NCBI RefSeq assembly: GCF_036321535.1
Contig: NC_087437.1
Location: 85,438,001 to 85,502,000, forward strand
Length of the DNA stretch: 64,000 nt
DNA from: Camelus dromedarius
Lineage: Eukaryota
Direction: 5' to 3'
The notes below the pieces were generated by a model, which was given only the letters and a program-made list of their open reading frames with translations, searched no databases and was not told where the DNA came from. A program made the position numbers and the translations under genes. Shown piece after piece: positions 1-12,895 of this stretch (positions are counted from its first letter, which is position 1; every line of letters starts with the position of its first letter).

Positions 1-974
1 AAAATTTTAAGTGCAAATTGGTTATGTTCTAGGCACTTCAATTAAATAAATTAATTAATCAGGGTGATCTTTAGTTTCCTCATACAAAATTAGATTAATA
101 AACGTTGCAATGCCCTTTGGTTGTTTCAGTATTTAAAATTAGCTATCATGCCAAATGCCCAGTATGCTCTACTGGCAGCATTGGTCATGATTGTGAGGAA
201 CAACCACCTCACTGTTTCCATTCAGTTTCACCCAGATCCAAGTTTTCTTAGCTTTGTGAGGATACAGGACAGGAAACAACGCAGCATGTACAGCAACAGC
301 GTGGCAAAGTCTCATAACTTCCAAGCACAAATCCTCATGACTCAGTCATTCTGTACCATCTGCAGGATCACTACATATGACACTGAGTTGACACTACATA
401 TGACACTACTTCAGACCACAGAAGCTGTCAGCACTGGAGTTGATTCCACTTTCCTTTTAGAACTACATAACCAGCCAGACATGCAAACCTTTAGAGCATT
501 GTGTTAGCTCCTGTTCTCCAGTGCAAATGCATTTTCAGTAATGCCAATCATAACACCTGATTATCCAGGAAATATAGGTGGTCAGTCTGATACATAAACC
601 TTGACCACATCATCAACCATGATTTTTAACAATTTCTTTAAGTATTGTTTCAGGAGAATGGAGAGAATCAATTCCTTTGAAATCATCTCTGTGATTGAAG
701 GATAAGCCACAGAATCTATTGTTAATCATTTTCTTCCCACATTCAGTTATTAGCCAAGTGTTTACACATAGCAAATCTCAATATATTTTCTTTGAAATGT
801 AAAGAGAGAAATAAAAGTAATATCATAATTTATTATAAAGCAACAGAGAAAATGTATTCCTAGAATGACAGTGGAAAAGATCCTCTGTAGATATTTTAAT
901 ATTTCCTGGAGAAACTGAAATAAACATGATTTTATTGCATTGCTAAATACACAGTAAAAGAGAGATGAAGGGTC

Positions 975-1182
975 CTCAAAAGGAAAGGGAGAAAGCAGGA
1001 AAGGAAGGAAGGAAGGAAGGGAGGGAGGGAGGGAGGAAGGGAGGGAGGGAGGAAGGGAGAAAAAGAGAGGGAAGATATAAAGGAACTGATCAGGAGAGGA
1101 TGGGAGAGATGAAGGAAAGAGAAAAAAGCAAGAAAGAAAAAGGGGAAAGGGAAGGGAAAGAGAAGGGAAGGGGAGGAAAGGA
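975..1182. repeat. Purine-rich low-complexity tract, (GGAA)n/(GGGA)n
   Basis: Almost pure G/A on the + strand (ggaaggaaggaagggagggagggaggg...). It generates the spurious ORFs 762..1223 and 965..1471. Confidence 0.95.
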
Positions 1183-1444
1183 ATACTGGAACTGGACAAA
1201 GAATAATGAAACTCTGGAAACAAATGTTTTTAGTTTTGTGAGGTCAGAAAATGACTATTTGAGAACATCACAAGTGAGAGAAACTAAGTTCCTTAGATTA
1301 AGTCAAGAACCCAAAAGAGAATTAAATTTGTCTAAGCTCATTAGCACAGCCTGGTTCATGTTTAAAGTACATTTAAATCTGTCCTATTTGGGGTTAACAT
1401 TTCTCAGTTTAGACCCTAAGAATACTCACTTATTAAATTCAACA

Positions 1445-1845
1445 AAATCAAAAAGAAACAAACTGCCATGAGTGAGAGTCAAAAAAATACAGAAAATATT
1501 TACAACATCAAGAATTTCAGGTATTTGAAAATTTTTTTATAGTATGGAATAACTATGTTTAATATGTTTAAAGAAATAAAAGAAGAAATATAAGTAATAG
1601 AGTAATAATATATCATTAAAAGTAATAAGAATGACTTTAATACAAACATCATTTAGAAATAACATAACATAATCACGGAAAGTAAAGCTTTAATTGATGA
1701 GTTTAAAGTAAGATACACTCGCTAATGAGAGAGTTAATTATCATCTGTAATGTATCATAGAGGGATAAAGAGACTGACTATAGTAAGAAGAGATCAAAAG
1801 ACATGGAGGAGAAATGAGAAGGTCTATAATACATCAAGCAAATGA
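1445..1845 (+). mobile_element. Old L1 (L1ME-like) 5'/ORF1-region fragment
   Basis: A-rich strand with motifs typical of old L1 ORF1 regions (aactgccatgagtgagagtc; taactatgtttaatatgtttaaagaaataaaaga). Confidence 0.6.
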
Positions 1846-1859
1846 AAATCAAAATCCAA

Positions 1860-2745
1860 AGCTTTTATAAGAATAGAGGGTATCTCTATATTTATGGAGT
1901 TAGAGAAGGTTTTCTAAAACAAGACATTAAAAGGTAACTGAAAAAAGGACCACTTACTCAAAGGGCACCAAAAAGAAAATGAAAAGACAAACCACGAAAC
2001 AGGAGAAATTATTTGAAATAAATGTATTTTTAATGGCATCATATCCTGAGACTACAGGGAACTACAACAAATTAATATGCAATAGAAAAATAATTTATTG
2101 GAAAATTTGACAAAGTCATGGTAACAGGCATCTCACAAAAAATAAAATAAGAAATAACAATAGGCAAACTACTCAACCTCATTAATAATAGGGAAGTGCA
2201 AACTACAACTACAGTAGGGTACCAATTTAAGTCCATGAGATTAGCAATAATGCCTGAAGAGGCAAATATATGAGAATTGGGTACTTCTAATATACTTGCA
2301 TTAGAACCAATTCTAAAAATAATATAGAACCAGTGCTTAAAATTGAAAATGCAGATACCCCATAATTTAATAATTCCTTTTCTATGCATGTACCCTAGAG
2401 AAACTCTTACAGATATGCATCAAGAGACTTTTTAAGAATGTACCTGGCCATCTTGCTTAACCTAGCCAAAAAACAAAAAACAAAAAAACAACAACAAAAA
2501 AAAGGAAAAGCAAAAATGGAAGCAACTCAAATTTTTCTCAATATAAAAATGGATAAAGGCAGTAGCTATACTCATACAATAGGATATTTTATGGCATTAA
2601 ATATTAATGATCCACATCTACATAAAATATAATAGATGAATAATAGACATTTACTATTGAGCAAAAATGTAAGTCATATAAGATAATTTAGACTTAGATA
2701 TTATTTTCTAAGGCTCAAAAATATAAAAGAAAAAAACTACATTTT
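1860..2745 (+). mobile_element. Old L1 (L1ME-like) ORF2 3' end
   Basis: Degenerate L1 3' motifs: aaatgaaaagacaaaccac, ctcaacctcattaataatagggaagtgcaaa, taccctagagaaactctt, aatggataaa. Confidence 0.75.
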
Positions 2746-2774
2746 GTTTTGGATTCATATATACCTTTTTTTCT

Positions 2775-2960
2775 ATCACTGAGGTTCAGACAGGAATACA
2801 GAAACTTCTCTCTGTATAGGGAGCTGGAAGAGATTAATACAGAGAATTAAAGGCCTACACAATCCCTTGAAGGGATGGGAAGCAAAGGGCAGGAAAAATT
2901 TCACTGACTTCAGAATATTAGGAGGCTGAAGAAGTCTCAGGGAATGGCTTAATAATCTCA
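2775..2960 (-). mobile_element. Possible ancient ERVL/MaLR LTR fragment
   Basis: gaggttcagacaggaatacagaaac...gattaatacagagaatt...cctacacaat resembles the reverse complement of old MLT/ERVL LTR 3' ends; highly diverged. Confidence 0.3.
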
Positions 2961-5314
2961 CTGGCTGGTAGCCACATCAAATAGATGATGTATACTAAAA
3001 TTCACATATGCAAATTAAAATATTTCTTTCTTTATTGGAAATTGATGGAGTTTCCTTCTGCTTTCCAAATAGTATATGCTTCTTAATACCAAAGTCTAAA
3101 CAAAAACACTGTTGGCAGTTGGGTCAAGAAATGAAGTTCTAGGTTTCTTTCTCACAAGACAGGTGAGTATAAGAGAAGGTGAAGTTGATGCTTTATTGTG
3201 TGAAACTAATCTGGCACAATGTTAGATGAGTTTTCTAAAAATATTAAAACATTGATATATGCAAAATTTGAGATTTTTTTATCCCTGTTTAACAGAGGGA
3301 TAATTGGGGGAACACACTTCTATAGTCCTTGGCACTGGTAAGGTTCTAGTATTTGAGTCTGGTTTGTAGGAGCTGACTACTTATTTCTGTGCTTCAGAAC
3401 TTTCATCCTTCCCATATCCACTTTAAGGAATAAAATATTACATTATAAAACTTGAAAGATTGAAAGTATATTTGATTTAAATATTCAAATTGGGAACTAT
3501 ACTACTGTATTATAAGTAAATAGATTTAATTTACTGCAGGGGAAATTTTTTAAAGTAGCATCAGCACATATTTTAACAACATAAATATTTCTGATGTGTC
3601 ATGTGTGACTATATTAAATGTTGTTTTAAAAATAGCCTATTTGAATGCAAAGATGTGCAAACAAATCACATTCTTTTTCTCTTATATTAAAACATATTAA
3701 TAGTTATATTTTTGTTATCTGATGTTTTAAGGGGGTAAAATTGGTTGTTACTAGAAATAAAGGAAGACTTCTAGAAAAATCCTAGAAAATAGCAGTTAGA
3801 AAATAAAAAATTCAGCACACATACTTCAGATTTGAGCAAAAATCCTGATTCTCTCTGCTTATATAAGGTAAACTAGTAATGTATACATATTTATTACTGG
3901 ATTAGCTTATATAAATCTAGTTTATATATTTTTATATAAGATATTAAAGTATTTCAATGGGAACTTTCAAGAAGTCCATATTATGTCTATTATGTCTAGC
4001 AAATAGTGTTACATGACAAAGGCCTTTATTCTTTTAAATAATGCATTGAATATGTACTTTTTCATTGAAATGGGCATTTGGGAAAAAAATGATTTTCAGT
4101 AGCCAATAACAATCTTTGGATTTCACATCTCTAAATTTAATTCATACATTGCAAAAGATAATTACTAAATAAATGTATATATACTGAATATATTAATACA
4201 TATTATATACTTTATTTACCTGAAAAAGATAATATACAATTTTATCTGTTTAAAAAAGACAATTCTTTACTGGAAAAGTAAAAAAAGAATGAAATAATTG
4301 GTAGAACAACAGCGACTGTATAGCTGTTCTCTGTTCAATTCTCATACTGAGTTCTTTTCACTTGCTGAACAAATAGTTGTTGGTGGGGTGAGTAGAGCTT
4401 TTCAGCTGTGCCAGCTACAACCACCTGCTGCAACTAATTAACTGTGATTATAAGGTAGTGAAGAGGTGGCAACGCTATCATAACCACCGAAATTACTGAT
4501 TTGAGAGAGTGCCCAGAATCCCAGGGCACCAGACCAACAAAGACAAATTGTTCAACCCATTCAGAAGATCTCTGGAGTAATTTATTTAGACTAGTGGGTT
4601 TTTGGCTACCTATAACATCAGGTAAACTAGTGAATTCAATATATTTAACCTGATATCAGATAATTCAAATCAGCATGGAAGTCAAATCAACTGTTATAAT
4701 GCAGCTGACTAGATTTGATTTTTCCCATAAAAAGATTTCATTTACCCTGAAAGATAGAACAGATGCCATTTAAAGTAGAAATGAGTCTCCCGAATTGATT
4801 TTGCATTATAAGTTTTATCCCAAATTTTTAACATCGTGTAAAATAGTTTTAAGTAAGTAAGGATATCAGTAAACTTCAACTGCTACAAAGAGTTTTTAAT
4901 CCTTCTATATGTAAAGCAGAACTCATTGAAATCCATGCAATTACTTTCTCATCACTATCTGATGTGACTTATTGGCACTGAATAGAGTTCTCAGAGAAAC
5001 ACAAAATGGAAATATTCCAGAAATATCAATCAGGTTTGTAGTTTTTCAGTCAATTCTCTTTCCTTCTGTGTGCGAAACTATAATTAATACTTCTTATGCC
5101 TGAGTCTGGGATTGCCAGTACAACATTAAAGAATGCAAATGAATAAAAATATAAGAATTAAGAAAATAATTTAATGAATTCAGGCAAAGAAATAGCCTCT
5201 AACCAAAACATTTTAAAAAGTGGAAACAAAGAGTTCTTTTAAACCTAAATTATTGAGGTGATTGCCCTGTTTCTTTGTGGGCGATGTCATAATGTGAGAA
5301 GGCTGTTGCCTTTT

Positions 5315-6362
5315 TTAAAAATTGTTTATAAAATTTTAGACACAAGTCCTTTGTTAGATACATGACATATAAATGTTTTATTTTCATCCTGTGGTTTGTC
5401 TTTTCATTTTTTCCCTAACCGTGTCTTTTAAAGAGCAAAATTTTTAATCTTAATAAAGTCCAAATTGTTCTTTAATGGACCATATCTGCATATCATATCT
5501 AAGAATTATTTGCCAAACTCAAGGTGACAAATTACTTTCAGAAGTTTTATAGTTTCAAGTTTTACATTTTGATGTATGATCCATTGAGTTAACTTTTGTA
5601 TATGGTATAAAGTATGCACCAAAATTTATTTTTTTTAAAAAATCGATGTCCAATTATTCTGGTACCATTTGTTGAAAAAACTATACTTTCTCCACTTAAG
5701 CTGCTTTGCAGGTTTGTCACAAATCAGTTGTTTATAGACTGGGTATGTTTCTGGCCTCTACGTTCTGTTCCATTATCTATAGATCTACTGTATGTCAATT
5801 CCATAAGAAAGTTATCACTGTAGCCTTATAATAAGTCTTAAAATCTGTTAGTGTTGAGTCCTCCAATTTTATTCTTTCTCAGAGTTTTGACTAATATAGA
5901 TTCTTTGGATTTCCAGAAGAAATCTAGAATCTGGTTCTGAACTTTTACAAAACTCTACAGCGATATGGACTGGGATTTTATTGAATCTATAGATCAGTTT
6001 GGAGAGAATTGATACATAAACTATATGTAGTCTTCTGATTTGTAAACATTGTGTATCTATCCATTAATTTAGATTTTTAATTTCTCACAGCAATATTTTA
6101 TTGTTTTTAGTATAGAGGAACTGCACATCTTTTGTTATATTTATCACTAAGCATTTATTTTTCAATACTATTGCAATAGCTATTGCTTTATTAATTTCAA
6201 TTTATTACTATCTATTACAAATATATGGATCAGTTTCTAATCCTGAAAACTGTGTAAACTGATTAGTTCTCTTAAGAGTCCCCTGGGCTTTATTTTGTGG
6301 GTAATTATTTTTTTTATATGAATTCAATCTTCTTACTTGTTATATAGATATTCAGGTTTTCT
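5315..6362 (-). mobile_element. Old L1M ORF2 fragment (left part of an element interrupted by a younger L1)
   Basis: Antisense L1 motifs: caagtcctttgttagata, gtaccatttgttgaaaa, ttgaatctatagatcagtttggagagaattga. Confidence 0.85.
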
Positions 6363-6367
6363 TGGGG

Positions 6368-7188
6368 TTTTTTTCTTTTTTTTTTTTTAATTGAAGTACA
6401 GACAGTTAAAATGTGTCAATTTCTGGTGTACAGCTCAATGTCCCAGTCATGCATATACATACATTTGTTTTCATATTCTCTTTCATTAAAGGTTATTACA
6501 AGATATTGAACATCCTTCCCTGTGCTATACAGAAGAAACTTGTTTTTTAATCTATTAAAATCTATATTTTAATTAGTTTTTTGAGGAATCTCCATACTGT
6601 TTTCCATAGTGGCTGCATCAAACTACATTCCCACCAGCAGTGTAGGAGAGTTCCCTTTTCTCCACAACCTCTCCAGCATTTATTGTTTTTGGACTTTTTA
6701 ATGATGGCCATTCTTACCTGTGTGAGGTGATACGTAATTGTAGTTTTGATTTGCATTTCTCTGATAATTAGTGATACTGAGCATTTTTTCATGTGCTATT
6801 GGCCATTTGTATGTCTTCATTGGAGAAATGCTTGCTTAGGTCTTCTGCCTCTTTTTGGATTGGACTATTTTTTTTTGTTATTAAGTTGTATGAGCTGTTT
6901 ATATATTCTGGAAATTAAGCCTTTGTCGATATCATCATCTGCAAATATTTTCTCCCATTCCGTAGTTTGTCATTTTGTTTTGCTTATGGTTTCCATTGCT
7001 GTGCAAAAGCTTGTAAGTATAATTAGATCCCATTTATTAATTTTTGCTCCTATTTCTATTGCCTGGGTAAACTGACCTAGGGGAACATTGCTAAGATTTA
7101 TGTCAGAGAATGTTTTGCCTATGCTTTCTTCTAGGAGGTTTATAGTGTCTTGTCTTGTATTTAAGTCTTTAAGCCATTTTGAGTTTAT
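6368..7188 (-). mobile_element. Young lineage-specific L1, 5'-truncated, with poly(A) tail and an internal deletion
   Basis: Poly-T at about 6368-6388, then 3' UTR nearly identical to the copy at 54600-54800. ORF 6562..6792 is the ORF2 C-terminus ([18 protein letters not shown]...HCWWEC...QPLWK). Confidence 0.95.
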
Positions 7189-7189
7189 C

Positions 7190-8230
7190 TGTTTATTTTT
7201 TAGTTTAAGTTTCAGTTGTTTCTGTCAGAGCATTTGTACATTCTATATAAAATTACCTAATTTTTTGGCAACTGTTCATAGTATTCTTATAATCTTTGTT
7301 ATTTTGTAAAGCCAGTAGTGAGAGTCCCCTCTTTCACTCTGGATTTTAGTAATTTGAGTCTTTTAATGCAGTTATTTAGCATCTACATGTTAAGTAACAT
7401 GTTATTGATGGGTGGATATCCAATGCCTATGTCATCTTTTGGTTCTTTGTTGTTATACATTAAATACCAGACATTTTAAAATAAAAAAAGTACAAGAGTT
7501 TTTGAATGATATTTCCTTTTGTCAGAGATTTACCCTATCCTTTTACAGGAAGATATAATGCAGTAAATGGCCTTATTCTACTAATGAGGAAGTGAGCTGA
7601 CCCATGGCTGGGCTGTCATATTTTTCATTATATCTAGCTTTAGTTTGTCTCTACTTTTAAGGTTACCATTCTGGGGTGCATATTGACATCATTTCATTAG
7701 AGTTTCTCATCCTTGTTGGATCCTCAACTCTAATTTTTGTTCAGCCACCAAAACCAGGAGAATGTCTAAACCCTTTATTCTGTTAATATAGTTCCTTTCT
7801 TTTTTTTTTTCTTTTTCGGTTTTTTTTTTTTTTTTTGCTTCTTGTCCTTTTCAAATCAACAATTTGGCAAATGTTTTGGGTGAAAATGTAGAGTATTTGG
7901 TTCATTTCCTTTCTTCTCTCAAAAGATATGACCTCTCAAGTATGGCTAAACTAACAGGCCCATCCATCTTCCAATTTGTATTTCTCCAGTTTAGTAAGAT
8001 TATGGAAGTTCTGCTACCTTCTGTTCTTAGAGTCTAATTCTATCCCTATCAACTCCCCCAAACCTTTCTCTTCCATTCTCCCCTGAACTAACAACTGGCA
8101 TATGCTTTGAGGTAATACATATCCTGAAAAATTAGAGTGCTAAGTCATTTCTGTGTATATTTATCTATATTTTCTGGTTGTTCTCAATAGAGGGAGTAGT
8201 CTGCTATTATCTATCCTTTCATGCTTAGTA
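7190..8230 (-). mobile_element. Old L1M fragments (continuation after the young L1, then a probable 5' region)
   Basis: ttggcaactgttcatagtattcttataatc and tcccctctttcactctggattttagtaatttgagtc resume the old antisense L1 broken at about 6362. The distal part is very degenerate. Confidence 0.65.
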
Positions 8231-9225
8231 TCTTGTGGTCTTTATTAATATTTATTGTACTATTTTTAGTGGTAAAACTAGTGTTAACACCTCTACTTAC
8301 CTGTATTCTGTCATAATCCATTTGTTTATAAATTTGCATTAATTGTGTCATCATATGGTTTATAGATTTCCTTTTCTATTAATTTGTTCTCATCCTTTAT
8401 TATTCTTGAATTCTTAATTATAGTTTTCTTTGGTTCAAAGTGTTTACTTCTTTAATAATTTAAATGGCCAGTTGTTTATATATTTGTTAAATTTTCTGTA
8501 TACTTATACATATAACGTTATTTTCCTGTGATAGGACCTAGTTACATAATGATATATATGCTGTGATTAAAAAAGTACAATTCTTCAGGAATGAACTCAC
8601 TGCCTTCTCTTACTTGTAAAGATATGTTCAGATATTCAAAAATTAGCCTGATTTTCCATTCTATTTAATTAGACTTGAATGTTTATTACATTTATAGCAT
8701 AGAGATATACATGATTTTTTTACTCATATAATATAAAATATCATCAACCCCTGTTAATGTATGCAGTATATACCCTGTAGGAGAAATTGCCATTGCAAAG
8801 CACTGAGTAATATAGAAGATATTCTTTACGTTTTTAAATTAACTCACAACAAATGTTTAAGAAATTTTAGGTCAAATAAATGAGAAAGTGGCAGGAAACT
8901 TCAGTGGTAAGCAACATTAAATCCACAAATGTCTGAGAGTGGTTGTTCAACTCAGGAACCTGGTATCACTGATTTTTACAGACAGGAAAATAAAATATAG
9001 AAAACATGTTGCAATCTGTTATATATGATACTAAACATAATTGGAAGTGATACCACTGCATAAGATTTTACAAATAAAAAGCCTGGAGCCAAAATGAAAT
9101 AATGCACTAAAGCAATATCACACATGGGAAAATAACTTTAAAAGAAAGCATGATTGTCTTTGACCTGACTGAGCACGAGAAAATATTTTCTCCTTTGCTA
9201 ACTCACATGTGGGGCTCAAATTTAT

Positions 9226-9281
9226 ATTACTGTATTCCCATCAATTTCTCCCTTTATGTCTGTTAGTATTTATTTTATGTA
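9226..9281 (-). mobile_element. Short inverted L1 ORF2 endonuclease-domain fragment
   Basis: Reverse complement tacataaaataaatactaacagacataaagggagaaattgatgggaatacagtaata reads [18 protein letters not shown], matching the L1 EN domain. Confidence 0.8.
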
Positions 9282-10049
9282 AGAATTAATACTGTTAAAA
9301 TAGTCATACTACCCAAAGCAATCTACAGATTTAATGTGATCCCTATCAAATTACCTGGGACATTTTTCACAGAATTCCTAAAATTTAAATGGAATCACAA
9401 AAGGCCCAGAATTGCCAAAGCATTACTGAAGAAAAAGAATGAGGCTGGAGGAATACCCTCCCAGACTTCAGACAATACTACACCACTACAGTAATCAAAA
9501 CAACATGGTATTGGTACAAAAACAGATGTACAGATCAATGGAACAGAATAGAAAGCTCAGAAATAAACCCCCAAACTTTTGGTCAGTTAATCTTTGACAA
9601 AGGAGGCAAGAACATACAATGGAGTAAAGACAGTCTCTTCAGCAAATGGTGTTGGGAAAACTGGACAGCTGCATGTAAATCAGTGATAGAATACTCCCTC
9701 ACACCATACACAAAAATAAACTCAAAATGGCTTAAAAACTTAAACATAAGACAAGACAATATAAACCTCTTAGAAGAAAACATAGGCCAGACATTATCTG
9801 ACATAAATCTCAGCAATGTTCTCCTAGGGCAATCTACCCAAGCAATAGAAATAAGAGCAAAAATTAATAAATGGGACTTAATTACACTTACAACCTTTTG
9901 CACAGCAAAGGAAACCATAAGCAAAACAAAATGACAACCTACAGAATGGGAGAAAATATTTGTAAAAGATGAGACTGACAAGGGCTTAATCTCCTGAATA
10001 TATAAACAGCTCATACAAGCTAATGATAAATAACTAACACCAAGTCCAA
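9281..10049 (+). mobile_element. Young L1 ORF2 fragment truncated at both ends
   Basis: Reads [23 protein letters not shown]...WYWYKNR...DQWNRIE. ORF 9683..9934 ([18 protein letters not shown]...INKWDLI) is L1 ORF2. No poly(A). Confidence 0.95.
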
Positions 10050-12130
10050 GCTTTGCAATTGGAGCCCAAAACTGATAAAATGAGCAGTCAGAAAAATCAA
10101 TGATGAATACAAAGATGCATAGAGTAAAATATTTTTTTGTAAGCTAATTTAGAGACAAGAAGTGAAATCCTATGCTAAATTATATTTTAAAACCTGCAAT
10201 TTATTTTATGGAGAATTCCACAATGTTGTTATTAAAGTGGACAGAAAGAAAGAATGTCTACTATCTAACATATTAATTTATGGATAAACAGTAGTATATT
10301 CTATAATATATGTAACATATCCTACTATATAATGCCAATAGAGACATAAAATATTATGAAAATGAATTTTTAAAAAGAAAATGCTGCATATTCAGGTATT
10401 TGGGCCCACAAATCACAGACTTTGCAGAAAGGTAATCACATCATAATTGTTCTACTTTTAAAGGAAAATGATGCTTAATAAAGAATTCTGCTTATCTCTG
10501 TAGGGCATCCTATAATTCTTCTATGACTTACTTATTATTGGATTAAAATAACTAATGAGTAAGTTATATTTCTTCAACACTTATATAGAAATGGAAGTGT
10601 GTAAAGGTAAACATCATACACTTATGATTGCACTAGTGGTACATTATGCAGTTTGAAACTGCGTAGCTATGCAGGAATATAAATGAGGTAAGGCATATTA
10701 TATAATTTTGAAACTTAAATGATTTTAACTTGAATTTAAGCTCAGTGTACAAAAGGGAAACAAGTATTTGTGGGATTATTTGCCATCAGCCCTTAGTTGA
10801 TGCTACTGAATGTGACATGTCTTTTGCATCTGTGAAATCCCACACAGTTCAAATCTCCTTGACCATTCCAATAGCAGGAACATATCTATTTTTTAAAGAA
10901 AGGACTAAATTCCAAGTACCCACTTAACATTTTTTTTGGTCAATAAGCAGTTTATAAAACAAAATCCATTAAAACAAAACAATGTGAACTGCTTTTTAAT
11001 GTATATTATAATATTAATTGATTTACAGTTTTAAGAAAGAAATGAATGCCTTGAGACAAACTTTTGCCAGTTAAAAAATATGTATGCTATACTTGCACTT
11101 TGTAAGGCAAAGAATTTTAGCTACTTAGCATGAATTTGAGGTGGTTTCTCTGAAAAATGTGAAGGTCCTTTGGTGGTGATTAGAAAATTTTCCTGCAAAT
11201 TTCTGAAAATTATGTCTTGAAGGTAGCCCGTTGAGTACACATGATGTGTCTAAAACTTCAAAAATATCTCTAAGGGATAGAAAATAATGCCCACACTATC
11301 CATAAGAAGCCTGAACTTATGGAAGGAATATAATATGCTCCAATGTAACAATTAGGATTAGCATAAATCTGAATGTAACTATGGGAAGTTGTTTGGAGAA
11401 GCAATCGTGAAACTGACCTAGAGTAAAGACAATTGAATTACGAAAGAAAGGGTGAGTTCTAGCCAGCAATGCCAGGTAAAGTAAAAAGAATGCCTTAGTT
11501 GAGCTAATTCTTTGCTCTGTTCAGATGAGTTTATACCATTCTGAGCTATCCTAGCCCACTAAAGTCTTCTAATTATATTCTCAGAAGGAAAGAAGCTTAA
11601 ATGCTAATTTATGATGTGTGACACTTTCTTGAAAGTCTAACAGGTTTATAGCGTATGGGAATTAAAATGAAATACCCTTTGCCCTGTGTTAAAATTCTTG
11701 TTCATATGATCTGACATTAAAAGATGAAAGTAAAACCTTTGGGAGGAGAAATTAATTACACATTTCTTCCTACATATTTCCTGTCAGATATCCTCCATCC
11801 TCCTATTATCATGTATGTTATTAGAGTTCTTATGAGAATCTTCTGGTAAGATGGGTTCTGAACTACTGTGATTAATTCATAAATATTCTAGACTTCCACT
11901 TTTGGTCTTTTCAGGATAGCCTGTAACAAAAGCATTTACCCACTTAAAACAACTATAGTTATATAAAACAGGGAAAATATTTTTGAAGGCATCTGAGAAA
12001 TTCTGTTCCAGTCAGAATTTAAGGATTCACAGTCCTGTAAGAAAGTGTAGTCCACAGAGATGAACCCAAACATTGTACATGCAAGTATCCCCCTGGGTAA
12101 TCTGCCAATTCTAAAGTGGAGTGAGGCAAT

Positions 12131-12240
12131 AGAGGGAAAAGCACTCTTAACTCTCATACTTTGCTTCTTCACTTCACATCCGACACCAGATGTGTGGGTC
12201 TTTCCCCACACTGATCAATTCTCCGACAACAGCTTGGGTA
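12131..12240 (-). mobile_element. MER21-like ERVL LTR, 3' terminal fragment
   Basis: gacaccagatgtgtgggtctttccccacactgatcaattctccgacaacagcttgggt matches the reverse complement of the MER21 3' end as recalled. Confidence 0.7.
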
Positions 12241-12895
12241 TTATGGAACGTACACGTTAGTCTTTGTAAGAAATTGACAGACTGTTTTCCAAAGTGTTTG
12301 TGACACTTTGTACTCCAACAAATAAAGTGTGAGGATTCTAGTTTCTTCCCATTGTCGACAATGTTTGGTATCACTGCTCCTTTTAATTTTAGACATATGA
12401 GAAATGTGTTGCAGTATTTCAACTGTGTTCTTAATTTTCACTTCCTGAAGACTAATGATGTGAAATAGATATTTAAGTGTTTGTTGGAAATTTGTATATC
12501 ATCTTTTGTAAAATGTTTACTTAAATTCACCAATTAAAAAATTAGATTGTTTTCTTATTATGAAATTTTAAATGCTCTTCATACATTCTAGATGTAATTC
12601 CTATGTCAGATATATATGTAGATGTATCTGTGTGGGGTGGTGTATGTGTATTTGCTGTTTTCTTTTAGTTTGTGGCTTGCTTGAAGCCCAATTTATCATT
12701 TTTCTAAATTTTTATTATTCATTTTAATTGTATAGTTGTAAAATTGTATAGTTCATGCTTTTTGTGTTCTATCTAAAAATTGTAGTCTCTAGGTCATAAT
12801 GGAATAGTCCTATGTTTTTTTCTAATTTGTTTTATAGTTTTATCTTTTATGTTTAGGTCTAATATCCATTTTAAGTTAATTTTTGTGAAAGTATT
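12241..12895 (-). mobile_element. Old L1M ORF2 3' fragment
   Basis: Antisense motifs gactgttttccaaagt and tttcacttcctgaagactaatgatgt. ORF 12241..12441 is a degenerate ORF2 C-terminus (..QTLWKTVCQFL..). Confidence 0.85.

Noticed and set aside
121..507. 128-aa ORF
   Set aside because: Starts at TTG, has no recognisable motif and no supporting splice or promoter context.
762..1471. Longest ORFs in the window (153 aa on -, 168 aa on +)
   Set aside because: Both are translations of the GA-rich low-complexity tract, which lacks stop codons; no domain content.
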